From IMG/VR virus record IMGVR_UViG_3300037504_000213, positions 1 to 64,000 of that record: a stretch of 64,000 bases of DNA. One strand, 5' to 3'. This DNA is from a virus. A model generated the notes under the pieces. It ran no database searches. It was given only the letters and a program-made list of their open reading frames with translations, and was not told the origin of the DNA. A program made the position numbers and the translations under genes. Positions 61,458 to 64,000 of the stretch are shown here, in pieces. Within the stretch, counting starts at the first letter, position 1; each line of letters opens with the position of its first letter.

Positions 61458-62678
61458 CGATGTTGTGGGTGCCCAAGGTACCGATAGGTGTGCAGGTTGT
61501 TCATGCCCAACTTTTTACATTGGGCATGATATAGCATAACGACATGGCTGCGTGTTTTTTGACAATATCCTCTCTTATTGCTGAGAGGATATTGTTTTTG
61601 TCATCCATGCCCCTTGAGACATGCCCCATGACTATGCTATTGCTGTACCACCCACAGTCTGGGCAGTACAGCAAAATCGGCGTTCCTGTTACGGCAATGG
61701 GATTATGCTTGCAGTTCACGGTATTCCAATACCGCCTGTTCTGACGTATAGCGTAGTTTGGAACTCTGGTATCACAAGTTCCGTGTACAGCGCCCTGGCC
61801 TCAACCTCTGTGGTGTGGTATTTCACAGGGAACACCTTCTTCAGTAATTCTGGGAACCATCGCTCTTTGAAAGCATCCCACCATGTTTCAGGATACTCAA
61901 TGCGAACGTAGTCCAACTCTTGCGATGCAATATGCGCACGCATCGATACTATGAGTTGTTCGGCAACCATTCCACCAAGCCGATCAATGTCGATTGTGGC
62001 ATCTTGAATCAAATCGCATGAGATGGCTTCTTGGATAGACAGCTTAAGCCTTTCCAGCTTTATCTCTTTGATTTCCTCTTCGGTTTTATCCGTTATCATT
62101 TCTTGCTCTCCACTACTTGCCATTCATCTTATCGATAACTATAGACAAAAGAATAAGCACCAACGCGAGGTGCAATATAATCTCCACCAATGCTAATTCG
62201 TTACTCATCACAGACTCCCTTTGTACCATTGCCACAGATCAATAATGAGTGACCCTGCGGCTATGCCACCAATAAGCAGGATAGGTGCCAGCACGCCCAT
62301 CATGCTTGCCAGCAATAAGCTGCCTGAGATTATAACCAAGACTTGCCCTTCTCTACTCATCGTTGCCTCCTGTTGTATAATAGAATGTAAACCTAACCTT
62401 CAGTCGCATGTATTCATGGTAGTATGCGGTTTCAACCTTCCACGCGCCCTTTTTCACCAAGTTGATGTCTATCTCACTTTTAACACTATGATACGCAATA
62501 TACGTCATGTCATCGACGTAGTAGTCGGTGAAGTCCTCTTTTAATTTTTCTAACCCAACTCCTTTAATAGAAAGCTCTATGCCTGTGCTGTAGGTGGCCC
62601 TAGCATCCCCAAGTGGCTCTATTCCAGGGTAAAGCTCTGGCACTGCATTTTCCTCTATGTAGTCTAGTGTTTCTTGCA

Positions 62679-63593
62679 TTATCCCCACCACCTTGGATCG
62701 ACATCGTGCTGAACTTTCCTTGCAGCATCTATTGCTGAATGTGCCACCGCAACCTCTTCACTAGTATACTCCTTTTTTTCCCATTTGACAAGGCGTGCAA
62801 GCTGATTGGCGTTGCGGATGCCAACGACGACTTTTTGGAAGTTATCGTTGTTAACCACATGTTTAAACGCAACCGCCGCTGGATCGAGTCCAGCCCTGTC
62901 GCAGTTGAAGTGATAAATTTCAGCAGTTCGCTTAACGCTTGCTGGCACATCATGCCGAAACCTCCAGCCAACAGCGTCTGCTATGATTCCCTGTAAGAAC
63001 ACACTGCGTGCCCACAGGTTTTTGAGCTTTTTGGCAAAGGCAAACTCTGCCATCGTGCTCTCGTGCCTTCGGTCCAATATACTGTACGGAACTACAATAT
63101 TTTTGATTAGCGCCATGTCCGTATAGGCCCTATAGGCATCTTCCTTGTTGTATACGGTGGCGCCACCGCTCACAATATTTGCGCCTTGCAGAGCTTCATG
63201 TAGCTTGCCATCTATGCTGGCAGTGTAATTGTAGTTGTGGATGTGGAGGTGAACATAGGCGTTGCTGCCAAGAAGCTCTATGCTATTATTTGTCTGAGGT
63301 TTATAGTGATTTCTTGTGCTGTTGTTGTCGCTGTGGGCCACTTTAGTGACAACATGCCATTTTCTTTCATGGTCTGGCAGTAGTTTCCCTAACCACTGCT
63401 CTGCCTTGCCATATGTGGGCGCTGTGTCAAACCAGGAAACCCCAAGTTTGTCTGCAACCGCCACAATGTTAGTGGCCTCATCGAAATCCACACTACCCGC
63501 AGGGTAGGAAGAACCCCACCCTGCGGTACCAATAACAATTTTACTCATACTGTACCATTTCCCTATTGTTGAACTCGTATATCTGATGTGCAT
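62679..63593 (-). CDS. Aldo/keto reductase
   Basis: IGTAGWG, FDTAPTYGKAEQWLG, TK, ARSVFLQG, VVVG....QL. Confidence 0.85.
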   Translation of the reverse strand: MHIRYTSSTIGKWYSMSKIVIGTAGWGSSYPAGSVDFDEATNIVAVADKLGVSWFDTAPTYGKAEQWLGKLLPDHERKWHVVTKVAHSDNNSTRNHYKPQTNNSIELLGSNAYVHLHIHNYNYTASIDGKLHEALQGANIVSGGATVYNKEDAYRAYTDMALIKNIVVPYSILDRRHESTMAEFAFAKKLKNLWARSVFLQGIIADAVGWRFRHDVPASVKRTAEIYHFNCDRAGLDPAAVAFKHVVNNDNFQKVVVGIRNANQLARLVKWEKKEYTSEEVAVAHSAIDAARKVQHDVDPRWWG

Positions 63594-64000
63594 CTACACA
63601 GAATTGAATAATGGGTGGTGTTACGTTGCTCCCGCGTCTCCGCAGGATGACATGAACGTACCCATATGGACATTCCATTGGCTCCATCGTGAAATCAACA
63701 CCAGTTCTCCTTTTGGAATAGTAGGCGTTGATTGCCTTCACCACATCACTATACACGTGCTTTGCTACAATGTACACGCTGTACAGTGCATCTGTACAAT
63801 GATGCCTAGCCCCAAGAATGTCATCTGCATTCTTGGTGTAAACTGCCTTTTTAGGGAACCACTTTTTGATCATTCTAACACCCCGTCTACCAATATGGCA
63901 ACATCTCCGTTTGGAAATTTCCATCGAAGGGGGTTATCTTCGATGCTGATTAAGCGATCTGCTGCCTCCAGAATATCGTTGGTGGTCCAGCTTTCATTAT

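Noticed and set aside
61345-61539. 64-aa ORF from the track
   Set aside because: TTG start poorly placed relative to the SD; the ATG at 61338 in another frame fits the promoter and SD better

Overview
This window is a 64-kb piece of a tailed dsDNA phage genome. The SSB and DnaB sequence style suggests a Chloroflexota/Anaerolineae-like host (inference). From left to right it holds: (1) a minus-strand morphogenesis region (~0.9-25.7 kb) with terminase, DUF935 portal, Mu-like protease/scaffold, decoration protein, major capsid, adaptor, tail tube, chaperone, tape measure, tail-tip proteins, a GC-rich plant-type LRR cassette and holin-like genes, with two glycosyltransferases behind a perfect sigma70 promoter between the head and tail genes; (2) an ~10-kb nonulosonic-acid-type (pseudaminic/legionaminic-like) sugar pathway at 26-36.2 kb: PseB, NeuB/PseI, two class-III aminotransferases, PseG, ATP-grasp and two SpsF-like cytidylyltransferases; (3) HNH, SSB, an MT-A70 methylase, six tRNAs, dcd and thyX; (4) a 1.4-kb non-coding region with promoters, hairpins and DnaA-box-like repeats; (5) Ro60/Rsr with a Y-RNA-like element in its leader, plus a macrodomain and MazG; (6) a plus-strand replication module (AAA, DnaB, DnaC-like) followed by a release-factor-2 derivative lacking the GGQ domain. 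The best candidate new system is phage-encoded nonulosonate synthesis plus virion glycosylation, supported by a strong Ala-Ser/Ala-Cys bias in the predicted exposed structural proteins. All calls come from motif reading only; no database searches were run.
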